64,000 bases of DNA from contig CAYMHB010000004.1 in the NCBI GenBank assembly GCA_964390145.1, forward strand, positions 11,545-75,544. The letters run 5' to 3'. Source of the DNA: an uncultured Oscillospiraceae bacterium (GTDB taxonomy: Bacteria; Bacillota; Clostridia; UMGS1883). Each line of letters begins with the position of its first letter. The stretch's first letter is position 1. Shown here piece after piece: positions 30,024 to 40,170 of the stretch. The translations under genes were made by a program, and so were the position numbers. The notes under the pieces were generated by a model. The model worked only from the letters and a program-made list of their open reading frames with translations, did no database searches and was not told the DNA's origin.

Positions 30024-31232
30024 TCAGTCAAGTTCAAACTTGCTGTGGATTGCGCGGATTGCTTTTTCAGCATCCTTGGCATCAATAAGAACGCTTACTC
30101 TGATTTCGCTTGTTGAAATCATCTGGATATTGATTCCTGCATCATAAAGAGCTTCGAACATCATTGCTGCAACACCGGGGTTGGATGTCATACCTGCGCC
30201 TACGATAGAAACCTTTGAAACATTGTCATCGTGAACAACCTTTTCTGCGCCGATGATTGCGTTGTTTTCGTTGATTACATTAAGCGCGGTTTCAAGGTCG
30301 TCTGAACTTACGGTGAAGCTGATGTCTTTGCTACCGTCACGACCGATTGACTGAAGAATGATGTCTACATTTATCTTCTTCTTTGCAAGAATTGAGAATA
30401 CCTGAAAAGCTTTTCCGGGCTTATCATCAATATTTACGAGAGCGATTCTCGCTGTATCATTATCACGGGCAATACCTCTAATTAACATTTTTTCCACAGT
30501 GTTTTCCTCCTTAACAATAGTGCCTGGAACTTTCTCGAAGCTCGAAAGCACTTCCATATTTACATTGAATTTTTTTGCAAGTTCTACGCTTCTGTTATGA
30601 AGAACATTTGCGCCGGCGCTTGCGAGCTCAAGCATTTCGTCATATGTGATTTCGTTGAGTTTCTTTGCCTTGGGTTCGATACGGGGGTCTGTTGTAAAAA
30701 CGCCCGTTACATCGGTGAATATCTGGCAAAGGTCTGCGCCGAGAGCCGCCGCAATCGCAACTGCGGATGTATCAGAGCCGCCACGTCCGAGTGTTGTGAT
30801 GTTATCGTACTTGTTGATACCCTGAAAACCTGCAACAATAACGATTTTTTTCTTGTCGAGTTCGTGCTGAATTCTCTCCCCGACTACTCTTTTGATGCGT
30901 GCTTTTGAATAATTTATGTCTGTTGTTACGCCTGCCTGCCAGCCGGTGAGCGATACTACCGGTCTGCCGAGCTTTTCAATAGCCATTGCAAGAAGAGACA
31001 TTGAAATCTGTTCACCTGCTGAAAGGAGAACGTCCATTTCTCTTTTTGATGCGTCGGGATTGATTTCTTTTGCCTTTGCGATAAGGTCGTCTGTTGTGTC
31101 GCCCTGCGCGGAAACGACTACTATAACATCGTTACCCTCGTCATAGGTTTCAACTACGCGGTTTGCAACGCGGAAAACTCTTTCTGCATCCGCAACGCTG
31201 CTGCCGCCGAATTTCTGTACTATTAAGCCCAC
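30024..31232 (-). CDS. lysC: aspartate kinase
   Basis: 402 aa with KFGGSSV at the N-terminus and C-terminal ACT domains. A terminator hairpin AGCCGTTGCGAATGCAACGGCT lies at 29990-30020. Confidence 0.92.
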   Translation of the reverse strand: MGLIVQKFGGSSVADAERVFRVANRVVETYDEGNDVIVVVSAQGDTTDDLIAKAKEINPDASKREMDVLLSAGEQISMSLLAMAIEKLGRPVVSLTGWQAGVTTDINYSKARIKRVVGERIQHELDKKKIVIVAGFQGINKYDNITTLGRGGSDTSAVAIAAALGADLCQIFTDVTGVFTTDPRIEPKAKKLNEITYDEMLELASAGANVLHNRSVELAKKFNVNMEVLSSFEKVPGTIVKEENTVEKMLIRGIARDNDTARIALVNIDDKPGKAFQVFSILAKKKINVDIILQSIGRDGSKDISFTVSSDDLETALNVINENNAIIGAEKVVHDDNVSKVSIVGAGMTSNPGVAAMMFEALYDAGINIQMISTSEIRVSVLIDAKDAEKAIRAIHSKFELD

Positions 31233-31247
31233 TGTAATTACCTCCTG

Positions 31248-32474
31248 TTACCTGTAAATCCTGATTATTCCATTCGCTCCGCTGAGCGCTTTTACCTTTT
31301 CGTCAAGCTCTTTTACTGTTATTATATCCGTAATAAAGCCGATTTCGCCATTTCCGTCCACAAAGTCTTTTGCGCCGAAAGTCTCGATTGCTTTTTCCTT
31401 TTTAGCATTGTCAATGCGGATAAAGAAGCGGTCTGCAACCTCTTCGTAAGGAATTACGCTGTCATCGTCACCCTCGCTCCACGAGAAGTAGGGGTTGTAT
31501 TCTCCGCATCTTACAATGTCGACAACATCGCCAACGACTGCACTTGCGGTCGGTGCTTTTCCTGCGCCGCGGCCGTAAAACATCGCGTCATCCACCATAT
31601 TGCCGTGTACCATTACGGCGTTGAATACATCTTCAACCGATGAAAGAGGGCAGTTTTTCGGGATGAGCATAGGCTCAACAGATGCGTTTGCCTTGCCATC
31701 CTTTACAAAGCCGTAGCCGATAAGCTTGATTGTGCAGCCGATTTTTTCGGCATATGCCACATCTTCTGCAGTAACTGTGCGGATACCCTTGGCATTGACA
31801 TTTGCGCAGTCAATCTTTTTGCCTGTTACAAGCGACATAAGAATTGAAATTTTTCTCTGCGCATCAAGTCCGTCAACATCGGCGGTGGGGTCTTTCTCCG
31901 CATAGCCAAGCTTCTGCGCGGTTTTGAGAGCATCTTCAAAGGAAGTGTTTTCCCTGAACATCTTGGTTAAGATGTAATTTGTTGTACCGTTCAAAATACC
32001 TGAAACCTTTACGATATCGTTTGCCGAAAGGTCGTTTGCAAGAGGACGGATTATCGGGATACCGCCGCCTACACTCGCCTCGTAAAGATAGCGGACATTT
32101 TTTTCCTTTGCAATGCGGAAAAATTCATCGCCGTGTGCGGCTACAAGCTCTTTGTTGCTTGTAACAACGCTTTTTCCGCTTTCAAGAAGCGTCTTTGTAT
32201 AGTCATAGGCGAATTTGATACCGCCCATCGTTTCAACAACGATGGAGATTTCGTCGTCGTTTACAAGGTCGTTAAAATCCTTGGTAAAAATCGCTGCTTC
32301 CTCGTGGTCCGAGAAGTCACGGATATCGAGGATTCTCTTAACATCAATCTCCTCACCTGCTTTTTTGGCGAGGATTTCTTTGTTTTGTCTTACGATTTCA
32401 TATACTCCCGAGCCAACAACTCCGAAGCCGATAATAGCAATTTTCTTCATTTGTTTTCTCCTTGTCTGTACCAC
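31248..32474 (-). CDS. hom: homoserine dehydrogenase
   Basis: 408 aa with NAD-binding IAIIGFGVVGSGV and the homoserine dehydrogenase catalytic domain. Confidence 0.9.
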   Translation of the reverse strand: MVQTRRKQMKKIAIIGFGVVGSGVYEIVRQNKEILAKKAGEEIDVKRILDIRDFSDHEEAAIFTKDFNDLVNDDEISIVVETMGGIKFAYDYTKTLLESGKSVVTSNKELVAAHGDEFFRIAKEKNVRYLYEASVGGGIPIIRPLANDLSANDIVKVSGILNGTTNYILTKMFRENTSFEDALKTAQKLGYAEKDPTADVDGLDAQRKISILMSLVTGKKIDCANVNAKGIRTVTAEDVAYAEKIGCTIKLIGYGFVKDGKANASVEPMLIPKNCPLSSVEDVFNAVMVHGNMVDDAMFYGRGAGKAPTASAVVGDVVDIVRCGEYNPYFSWSEGDDDSVIPYEEVADRFFIRIDNAKKEKAIETFGAKDFVDGNGEIGFITDIITVKELDEKVKALSGANGIIRIYR

Positions 32475-32480
32475 TTTGGG

Positions 32481-32936
32481 TTATTGCTTTGCAAGTATGT
32501 TTACCTTTCTGACACCGCTTATTGACTGCAAGCCTGCAATAAGTTTGTCGGTCGAAAGGTGCATTTTTTCAGTTTGTACGGTTACCGTTATATTTGCAAC
32601 GCCGTTTACGGGAACATTCTGATTGATTGTGAGGATGTTGCACCCTGCATCGCTGATAAATCCCAGCATATTGCTGAGCACGCCTTTAATGTCGATTGCC
32701 GCGATAAGAAGGGTCAGTACGCCCTGCATCTGATTAAACGGGAATACATAATCCTTATATTTATAATACGCGCTTCTTGATACTTCTGCCATATCACTGG
32801 CCTCGTTAACCGTCTGCGCTTCGCCCGATTCAAGCAGCTCTTTTACCCGTAAAACCTTGTGATAAACGGGGGGAAGAACCGACAAATCAGCAATTACAAG
32901 CTTTCTTTCTTCCATATGTCCACCACCTGTGTACAT
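32481..32936 (-). CDS. ACT domain-containing protein (UPF0735, PheB-like)
   Basis: It is 151 aa with a C-terminal ACT fold. It lies upstream of hom, as is common in Firmicutes. Confidence 0.7.
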   Translation of the reverse strand: MYTGGGHMEERKLVIADLSVLPPVYHKVLRVKELLESGEAQTVNEASDMAEVSRSAYYKYKDYVFPFNQMQGVLTLLIAAIDIKGVLSNMLGFISDAGCNILTINQNVPVNGVANITVTVQTEKMHLSTDKLIAGLQSISGVRKVNILAKQ

Positions 32937-33002
32937 TTGTCTTTTGCAATCTTAACACGACTACGCAATAAAGTCAAGTAAAAATTAAAAAATCAACAAA
33001 AA

Positions 33003-33054
33003 AATCCGCGAAAACGCGGATTTTCACATTCATTTCGTATTTCGAACTTCGAAT
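33003..33054. repeat. terminator hairpin plus conserved TTCATTTCG motif, copy 2
   Basis: Hairpin AATCCGCGAAAACGCGGATT followed by TTCACATTCATTTCGTATTTCGAACTTCGAATT. Confidence 0.6.
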
Positions 33055-33064
33055 TTCGCATTCA

Positions 33065-33904
33065 TTACCTTTTGAACTCATTATATATATCTCTTTTTGA
33101 AACACCGCGGTCTTTTGCAACCTTTTTAAGCGCTTCTTTTTCTTCTATTCCCTGCTTAATATACATTTCAACATGCTCGGCTATGGTCATATCCTGCCAT
33201 TCCTCGCGCGCTTCCTTTTCTATATCGTCTGCGCTTTTGCCCTCTATTACCAGCACAAATTCTCCGCGAGGTGCGTTTTCTTCATACATCGCTATCGCGT
33301 CGTCAAGCGTTGTACGGAGAATTTCCTCATGAATTTTTGTAAGCTCGCGGCAAAGCGCGATTTTTCTGTTCCCGAAATGCTCCCGCATATCGCGAAGCGT
33401 GGAGAGCAGTTTGTGCGGTGCTTCGTAAAAGAGCATTGTGCGTGTTTCGCCCTCAAGCGATGTAAGGTGTTCCTGTCTGCCCCTTTTATTCACGGTCAGA
33501 AATCCCTCGAACGTAAAGCGCTGTGTCGCAAGTCCGCTTGAAATAAGCGCATTTATCCCCGCAACTGCACCGGGGATGGGAATAACCTGTATACCTTCCT
33601 CTGCACACATTCTGACCAAATCTTCCCCGGGGTCGCTGATGGCGGGAGTTCCTGCATCGCTCACAAGGGCGATATTCTTTCCGCTTTTCATTTCGGAGAT
33701 AAGGTATTCTCCTTTTTCCTTTTTATTATGTTCAAAATAGCTCGTCAGCGGTTTTTCTATCCCGAGATGGTTTATAAGCCCAAGTGTTCTTCTCGTATCC
33801 TCCGCCGCGATAAGGTCGACTTCCTTCAGCACCTCGACACAACGGTATGTTATGTCGCCAAGGTTACCGATGGGAGTTGCACATAAGTATAATTTTCCGT
33901 TCAT
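33065..33904 (-). CDS. rsmI: 16S rRNA (cytidine1402-2'-O)-methyltransferase
   Basis: It has the N-terminus KLYLCATPIGNLGDITYR...IAAEDTRRT and tetrapyrrole-methylase-like fold motifs. Confidence 0.9.
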   Translation of the reverse strand: MNGKLYLCATPIGNLGDITYRCVEVLKEVDLIAAEDTRRTLGLINHLGIEKPLTSYFEHNKKEKGEYLISEMKSGKNIALVSDAGTPAISDPGEDLVRMCAEEGIQVIPIPGAVAGINALISSGLATQRFTFEGFLTVNKRGRQEHLTSLEGETRTMLFYEAPHKLLSTLRDMREHFGNRKIALCRELTKIHEEILRTTLDDAIAMYEENAPRGEFVLVIEGKSADDIEKEAREEWQDMTIAEHVEMYIKQGIEEKEALKKVAKDRGVSKRDIYNEFKR

Positions 33905-33916
33905 AATAGTTCTCCG

Positions 33917-34630
33917 TTATTTTAATGACTGTATATAATTTCCGTCTTTATCGTACATAAAGATTGCTTTTTCGAGTTTCAGTTGCGCTCGTCCTCCGCG
34001 TGCACCCTCAATTAAAATTAGTGATGCCGCCTTGTCCTCGGACGGATAGACTACCGCGAGGCGTTTTGGCTCAATTTTATATTTGCGGAAAGTTGAAATT
34101 ACATCGCACATTCTGTCGGCGCGGTGTACCATAAAAAGTTTTCCGCAGGGTTTTAAAACATCGTTTGCGCTTTTCACAACATCGTCAAGTGTGCACATAA
34201 TTTCGTGACGCGCAACTGCCAGCTTATCCTTGGGATTTACAAGTCCGCCGCCGACATTCATATACGGTGGATTGCAGGTAACCGCGTCAAACGCGTGAGA
34301 ACCAAATATTTTCTTTGCGTCCTTAAGGTCGGCGTTATACACGCGGATTTTGTCCTGAAGATTATTAAGTTCCATCGTGCGTTGTGCCATATCGGCAACT
34401 TCGGGGATGATTTCAACGGCATCAATCTTCGAAAGGTCGCAAAGTCCCCACAGAAGTACGGGAATAATGCCCGTGCCGGTACACATATCAAGCACGCGTG
34501 CGCCTTTTTTCAGTTTCACAAACCTTGATAAAAGCACCGCGTCACTGCCGAAGCAAAATCCGTCTTTCGTCTGTATTACTTTATATCCTTTAAGACCGAG
34601 GTCTTCTATTTTTTCATTTTCGTAAATCAT
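33917..34630 (-). CDS. class I SAM-dependent methyltransferase, tRNA (adenine37-N6)-methyltransferase TrmN6/YabB-like
   Basis: It has SAM motif I VLDMCTGTGIIP and an NPPY motif (CNPPYMNV). The start was trimmed to MIYENEK (AAAGG RBS) because the longer ORF overlaps the ferredoxin gene. Confidence 0.7.
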   Translation of the reverse strand: MIYENEKIEDLGLKGYKVIQTKDGFCFGSDAVLLSRFVKLKKGARVLDMCTGTGIIPVLLWGLCDLSKIDAVEIIPEVADMAQRTMELNNLQDKIRVYNADLKDAKKIFGSHAFDAVTCNPPYMNVGGGLVNPKDKLAVARHEIMCTLDDVVKSANDVLKPCGKLFMVHRADRMCDVISTFRKYKIEPKRLAVVYPSEDKAASLILIEGARGGRAQLKLEKAIFMYDKDGNYIQSLK

Positions 34631-34709
34631 ATTGTACCTTTTCATAAGTCTTAATAGATTAAACACCCGAAACCGATGCGGCTTCGGGTGTTCGTTTGTT
34701 TGCTGAAAA

Positions 34710-34880
34710 TTAAGCAGGATTGGGAGCTGAAACGGGGCATACGCCTGCACAAGCGCCGCATTCTACGCAAGCGTCTGCGTCGATTACGTACTTGCCGTCG
34801 CCTTCCTTAATGCACTGACAGGGGCATTCAGCCTCACATGCACCACAGCTGATGCAATCATCGTTGATAATATAAGCCAT
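34710..34880 (-). CDS. fdx: 2x[4Fe-4S] ferredoxin (56 aa), not in the ORF track
   Basis: MAYIINDDCISCGACEAECPCQCIKEGDGKYVIDADACVECGACAGVCPVSAPNPA has two CxxCxxCxxxCP clusters. A terminator hairpin lies at 34660-34695. Confidence 0.8.
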   Translation of the reverse strand: MAYIINDDCISCGACEAECPCQCIKEGDGKYVIDADACVECGACAGVCPVSAPNPA

Positions 34881-34972
34881 TATGTACACCTCTTTTTCAT
34901 AGAATGTTAACTTTATTGTAGCATAAAAATATTAAATTTCAATAGTTTTTTTTGCTTTTAGTCCTTTTTTGC

Positions 34973-35001
34973 TTGAACAACGCGATTTTTTCCTATATAA
35001 T
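34973..35001 (+). promoter_or_regulatory. sigma-A promoter (TTGAAC, 17 nt, TATAAT) for the 35050 operon
   Basis: -35 at 34973-34978 and -10 at 34996-35001. Confidence 0.5.
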
Positions 35002-35049
35002 AGGTTCAAACAATAAGATGGGGTAGTTTTACTAAAGGAGACGGTTCTT

Positions 35050-36117
35050 GTGAAAAAACTCAGAAAAATACTCAATCACATTTTTATCGACGGGCTCAGC
35101 GGCATGGCTCTCGGTCTTTTTGCCACGCTGATTGTCGGCACGATTCTTTCGCAGATTGGCACACTTTTTGTCGGCGGCAAATTTGGCAACGCCCTCTTTA
35201 TGATGGGTAAGGTTGCATCGCTTCTGACGGGTGCAGGCATCGGTGTCGGCGTAGCGTACAAATTCAAGGGGTCTCCGCTTGTTGTTATAAGTGCCGCTAC
35301 TAACGGTATGATTGGTGCGTATGCGGCAAAAATCCTTGCGGGAACTCTTTTTGTGGAGGGCGCGTTTGCAATCACACCTCCCGGCGAACCGCTCGGTGCA
35401 TTTGTTGCAGCGTATGTAGGTTATCTTGCAGGAAAGCTCGTTTCGGGCAAAACCAAGGTGGATATCCTTGTAACTCCCGTTGTCAGCATCGTAGTCGGCA
35501 GTACCCTCGGTCTTTTGGTGGGACCGCCCATATCATCGCTTATGAGCGAGCTTGGAAGCTGGGTTAACTGGGGTGTTGAACAGCAGCCTTTCCTGATGGG
35601 TATTATCGTAAGCGTGCTTATGGGAATTTTCTTAACTCTTCCAATAAGCAGTGCGGCAATCGGCATCGTGCTTGGTCTTGACGGGCTTGCGGCTGGTGCG
35701 GCAACAGTCGGTTGTTGCGCAAATATGATTGGTTTTGCAGTCGCAAGTTACCGCGAAAACAAGCTTGGCGGACTTTTGTCACAGGGGCTTGGTACAAGTA
35801 TGCTCCAGATGCCCAATATCATACGCCGACCTCTTATATGGCTCCCTGCAATTATAACAAGTGCCATTCTGGGGCCAATTTCAACAATGCTTTTCAAAAT
35901 GACAAGCAACCCCACCGGCAGCGGTATGGGTACGGCAGGTCTTGTAGGACCGATTATGTCATTCCAGACGATGAGCGCTACTATGCCTTCTTCACAGGCG
36001 CTCGTATATAATATAACAATGTATTTTGTGCTCCCTGCGATATGCTCGCTTGTAATTTCCGAGTTTATGCGCAAGCGCAAACTTATCGCATATGGCGATA
36101 TGAAACTTGATGTGTAA
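35050..36117 (+). CDS. polytopic membrane protein, possibly PTS_EIIC_2-like permease (uncertain)
   Basis: A 355-aa glycine-rich multi-TM protein with a GTG start and AAAGGAG RBS. The family assignment is tentative. Its stop overlaps the dusB start. Confidence 0.4.
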   Translation: MKKLRKILNHIFIDGLSGMALGLFATLIVGTILSQIGTLFVGGKFGNALFMMGKVASLLTGAGIGVGVAYKFKGSPLVVISAATNGMIGAYAAKILAGTLFVEGAFAITPPGEPLGAFVAAYVGYLAGKLVSGKTKVDILVTPVVSIVVGSTLGLLVGPPISSLMSELGSWVNWGVEQQPFLMGIIVSVLMGIFLTLPISSAAIGIVLGLDGLAAGAATVGCCANMIGFAVASYRENKLGGLLSQGLGTSMLQMPNIIRRPLIWLPAIITSAILGPISTMLFKMTSNPTGSGMGTAGLVGPIMSFQTMSATMPSSQALVYNITMYFVLPAICSLVISEFMRKRKLIAYGDMKLDV

Positions 36118-37061
36118 TGAAAATAGGTAACGTAACATTAAAAAATAATATCTTTCTCGCGCCTATGGCAGGTGTGAGCGATCTGGCATTCCGCATTATC
36201 TGTGACCGCTTCGGCGCAGGGCTTTCATATACGGAAATGGTCAGCGCAAAGGCGCTTTCCTTTGCCGATAAAAAAACGAATACACTGATGCAAACGGATG
36301 AGCTTCCCACCGCGGTACAGCTTTTCGGCAGCGATGCCGAGATAATGGCAGCCGCCGTGCCTGAAGTGGAAAAGCACGGACTTTTTACCGATATAAATAT
36401 GGGGTGTCCCGCGCCGAAAATAGCAGGTAACGGTGAGGGCAGCGCATTGATGCGCGACCTTTCCAAAGCAGAGCGCATTATCGGTCAGGTTTGTGACAAG
36501 GCGACAAAACCCGTTACCGTAAAAATGCGCAGCGGCTGGGACAGTGAGCATATAAATGCGGTGGAGCTTGCGCGTATTGCCGAAAACTGCGGGGCAAAAG
36601 CGATTACTGTTCACGGCAGAACGCGGGAACAGTATTACAGCGGAAAAGCAGACAGAAAAATTATCCGCGATGTAGTCAAGAGCGTTTCCATTCCCGTAAT
36701 TGCAAATGGCGATATTTTTTCTGCCGAAGATGCGAAAAGTATGCTCGACGAAACGGGCGCCGCTGCCGTAATGATTGGCAGGGGCAGTCAGGGAAATCCG
36801 TGGATTTTCAGGCAGATTACAGAGTATTTTGAGCTCGGAAAGGTTACTTCAATTCCCACTCCCCAAGAAAGAATAGAAATGGCGATTGAGCATATAACCC
36901 TTTTATGTTCACTCAAAGGCGAATACAGAGGCATCCGCGAGGCACGAAAGCACGCGTCATGGTATATAAAGGGCATAAGCGGTGCGGCACAGCTTCGTAA
37001 CAAAATAAACTCGGCAACAACTCTTGCCGAGATGGAAGGCACTCTTTCACAATTATTGTAA
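36117..37061 (+). CDS. dusB: tRNA-dihydrouridine synthase
   Basis: It has the Dus family TIM barrel (LAPMAGVSDLAFR, NMGCP, VTVKMR, conserved Cys). Confidence 0.88.
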   Translation: MKIGNVTLKNNIFLAPMAGVSDLAFRIICDRFGAGLSYTEMVSAKALSFADKKTNTLMQTDELPTAVQLFGSDAEIMAAAVPEVEKHGLFTDINMGCPAPKIAGNGEGSALMRDLSKAERIIGQVCDKATKPVTVKMRSGWDSEHINAVELARIAENCGAKAITVHGRTREQYYSGKADRKIIRDVVKSVSIPVIANGDIFSAEDAKSMLDETGAAAVMIGRGSQGNPWIFRQITEYFELGKVTSIPTPQERIEMAIEHITLLCSLKGEYRGIREARKHASWYIKGISGAAQLRNKINSATTLAEMEGTLSQLL

Positions 37062-37075
37062 AGGACTTGATAAAA

Positions 37076-37851
37076 TGCGTATAGCAGTAAAGGTAGGAAC
37101 ATCAACACTGGCACATTCTACGGGCAATCTCAACATCCGTCACGTAGAGGAGCTTTGCAAGGTTTTAAGCGACCTCAAAAACGCAGGTAATGAAATAATC
37201 CTCGTTTCATCGGGCGCTATCGGTATGGGCGTGGGCAAGCTTTCCTTAGGCAAAAAGCCTGACGATATGCCTACCAAGCAGGCAGCGGCAGCAGTCGGTC
37301 AGTGCGAGCTGATGTATACATACGACAAGCTTTTCTCGGAATACAACCATACGGTTGCGCAGATTCTCGTTACTTCTCCCGATATTGCACAGGGTGAAGA
37401 AAATGAGCGCGGAAAGAATTTCCGCAACACGCTTCTTCGTCTTCTGGAGCTTGGTGTTCTTCCTATTATAAATGAAAACGACACCGTTGCGACAGAAGAA
37501 ATCGCAGTAGGTGACAACGATACGCTCTCCGCACTCGTTGCGCGCAGCTGCGATGCTGATCTTCTTGTGCTTCTGACCGATATTGACGGACTTTATACAA
37601 GCGACCCGCGTACTAATGCGGATGCAAAACTGATCGATATTGTTCCCGAAATCACACCCGAAATTATCGCTTGTGCAGGTGGTCGCGGCAGTGCTCTTGG
37701 CACGGGCGGAATGGCTACAAAGCTCCACGCGGCGCAGATTTGTACAGAGGGCGGTATTGATATGATTATCGCAAACGGCGATTCTCCTGCTATTCTTTAT
37801 AATATTGTCGCAGGGGAAAGTGTCGGCACAAAATTTGTCGGAAGGAAATAA
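37076..37851 (+). CDS. proB: glutamate 5-kinase (short form without PUA domain)
   Basis: It has an amino acid kinase fold (RIAVKVGTSTL, ILVSSGAIGMG). The start is at MRIAVK, with an AAAGGA RBS. Confidence 0.88.
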
Positions 37852-37878
37852 TGCACAACGCAGAATGCGGAGTGCATC

Positions 37879-37934
37879 GGGGACGGGGTGGCTTTTGTAA
37901 GCCGCAGGCGTAACAAAAATGACCTGTCCCCAAA
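37879..37934. repeat. GC-rich GGGGACGGGG...GTCCCCAAAC repeat element, copy E3, in the proB-proA intergenic gap
   Basis: GGGGACGGGGTGGCTTTTGT...ACAAAAATGACCTGTCCCCAAAC shares both arms with E2. Confidence 0.5.
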
Positions 37935-37953
37935 CTTGAAAAGGAGAAAATAT

Positions 37954-39210
37954 ATGACTACTCTTGAAATTCTTGAGAACGCCGTGAAAGTAAAGCGCGT
38001 GGCGATGCTTCTCAATACAAAGGCGAAGAACGAAGCCCTCTCCAAAATGGCGGATAAGCTAATAGAAAATACGGATAAAATTCTGGATGCCAATAAAATT
38101 GACGTTGAAAACGCACGCGGTGTCATCTCGGACGTAATGATAGACCGCCTCTCCCTTTCAAAAGAGAGAATCGAGGGTATGGCACAGGGAATCCGCGACG
38201 TTGTGGCACTCCCCGACCCTGTCGGTCACGTGATTGAGAGAGTAGAGCGCGAAAACGGGCTTATTATCGAAAAAACATCTGTCCCGATTGGCGTTACGGC
38301 AATTATTTACGAAAGCCGACCCAATGTTACAAGTGACGCGGCGGCTCTTTCACTCAAAAGCGGAAACGTGTGCGTGCTTCGCGGCGGCAAGGAAGCATAT
38401 AACAGCGCAAAGGCGATTGTGGATGCTCTGCGCGAAGCTCTTTCGGAATGTAATCTCCCCGAAAATCTTATAAACCTCGTAAGCGACACTACAAGGCAGA
38501 GCGCGACCGAGCTTATGACTGCTGTCGGTTATGTTGATTTACTGATTCCCCGCGGCGGCAAGGGCCTTATAGATGCGTGTGTGAAGAATGCAAAGGTTCC
38601 CTGCATCCAGACGGGTACGGGCATCTGTCATATTTTTGTTGACGAAAGTGCTGATTTTTCTATGGCGCTTGATATAATTGAAAACGCCAAGACAAGCCGT
38701 CCTTCCGTGTGTAACGCGGCGGAGTGTCTGATTGTGCATAAGGATATCGCGAAAGAGTTTCTTCCGCTTGTAAAGGAAAGGCTTGTTGATAAAAGAGCAG
38801 AAAAAAGTCTCTCCCCCGTTGAGCTTCGCTGTGACGAGAGAGCATTTGAAATCCTCGGCACAAAAAAGGCAGGGGCAGACGATTTTGATACGGAATTTCT
38901 CGACTACATTCTCGCGGTGTGCGTTGTTGACGGTGTAGATGACGCAATAGAGCATATCGCACTTCATTCGACGGGACACAGCGAAAGCATTATCACGAAA
39001 AGCGAAGAAAATGCGAGGATTTTCACCGCTGCGGTTGACAGTTCATCTGTTTATGTAAATGCATCCACTCGCTTTACTGACGGCGGCGAGTTCGGTCTCG
39101 GTTGCGAGATGGGAATTTCCACACAGAAGCTCCATGCAAGAGGTCCGATGGGACTGAGGGAACTTAATGCGTATAAGTATATAATTAAAGGTAATGGTCA
39201 GGTAAGGTAA
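37954..39210 (+). CDS. proA: gamma-glutamyl phosphate reductase
   Basis: It is an aldehyde dehydrogenase-family member with conserved Cys (CNAAECL). The start MTTLEIL has an AAAGGAG RBS. Confidence 0.88.
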   Translation: MTTLEILENAVKVKRVAMLLNTKAKNEALSKMADKLIENTDKILDANKIDVENARGVISDVMIDRLSLSKERIEGMAQGIRDVVALPDPVGHVIERVERENGLIIEKTSVPIGVTAIIYESRPNVTSDAAALSLKSGNVCVLRGGKEAYNSAKAIVDALREALSECNLPENLINLVSDTTRQSATELMTAVGYVDLLIPRGGKGLIDACVKNAKVPCIQTGTGICHIFVDESADFSMALDIIENAKTSRPSVCNAAECLIVHKDIAKEFLPLVKERLVDKRAEKSLSPVELRCDERAFEILGTKKAGADDFDTEFLDYILAVCVVDGVDDAIEHIALHSTGHSESIITKSEENARIFTAAVDSSSVYVNASTRFTDGGEFGLGCEMGISTQKLHARGPMGLRELNAYKYIIKGNGQVR

Positions 39211-39292
39211 AAGCGCACTGTTTTACTCTTTTTTTTGCGTTTTGCGGTCGGTGCTGCTTTATCACGACCTCAAAAAGAAAGGATTGATACAA

Positions 39293-40096
39293 ATGATAAC
39301 TGCAGGTTTTATAGGTTGCGGCAATATGGGTGGTGCACTCGCTTGTGCGGCGGCAAAAGCAATCGGAGGGAAATACATACTTCTTTCTGATTTTATGCAG
39401 GACAAGGCTGATTCTCTTGCAGCGAAAATTTCTGCTCACAGTTCAGACAACAAAACAATCGCCGAAAATTGCAAATACATTTTTCTCGGGGTGAAGCCTC
39501 AGGTAATTTTTGACACCATAAAGGAGATTACTCCCGTCCTCAAGAAAAGAAAAGACAGATATGTAATAGTTTCTATGGCGGCAGGCATCAGCATTGAGGC
39601 GATTCTTAAAGCATTTGGAGTTGAAGTTCCCGTTATCCGCATAATGCCCAACACTCCCGTAGCAGTCGGTAAGGGCGTTATTCTCTATTCACACACCCCC
39701 GATGTTACAAGCGAGGAAATCGCAGAATTTGAAGAAATCTTCAGACTTGCGGGGATTACTGACAGAATTGACGAAAAACTTATCGATGCGGCAAGCGCTC
39801 TTTCAGGGTGCGGACCTGCATTTGTATATTTATTCATCGAGGCTCTTTCAGACGGTGCTGTGCTGTGCGGACTTCCGAGAGACAAGGCGCTTTTATATGC
39901 AGCTGAAACTGCAAAAGGTGCGGCAGAAATGGTGTTAAAATCAGGAAAACACCCCGCCGAGCTTAAAGATAACGTGTGTTCTCCCGGCGGCACAACAATC
40001 GAAGGCGTACGCGCGCTCGAGAACGGTTCGTTCCGCGCCGACGCCATCAGCGCGGTAGTAAAAGCATATGAAAAGACGCTTAAATTGAAGAAATAA
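39293..40096 (+). CDS. proC: pyrroline-5-carboxylate reductase
   Basis: It has the N-terminal Rossmann IGCGNMGGAL and a P5CR dimerisation domain. The start was trimmed to MITAGF. Confidence 0.85.
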   Translation: MITAGFIGCGNMGGALACAAAKAIGGKYILLSDFMQDKADSLAAKISAHSSDNKTIAENCKYIFLGVKPQVIFDTIKEITPVLKKRKDRYVIVSMAAGISIEAILKAFGVEVPVIRIMPNTPVAVGKGVILYSHTPDVTSEEIAEFEEIFRLAGITDRIDEKLIDAASALSGCGPAFVYLFIEALSDGAVLCGLPRDKALLYAAETAKGAAEMVLKSGKHPAELKDNVCSPGGTTIEGVRALENGSFRADAISAVVKAYEKTLKLKK

Positions 40097-40106
40097 CGAA
40101 AAAAGC

Positions 40107-40135
40107 TTGCAAATTTATACATTTATATTTATAAT
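40107..40135 (+). promoter_or_regulatory. sigma-A promoter for ABC transporter operon (TTGCAA, 17 nt, TATAAT)
   Basis: Positions 40107-40112 and 40130-40135. Confidence 0.5.
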
Positions 40136-40170
40136 GATATCGTAATTACTATTTATTGGAGGTATTTATA

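Noticed and set aside
30024-31260. Expected lysine riboswitch (L-box) upstream of lysC
   Set aside because: lysC starts 16 nt after hom within an ACT-hom-lysC operon. The only upstream leader (32937-33064) contains a terminator and the TTCATTTCG repeat but no L-box-like conserved core.
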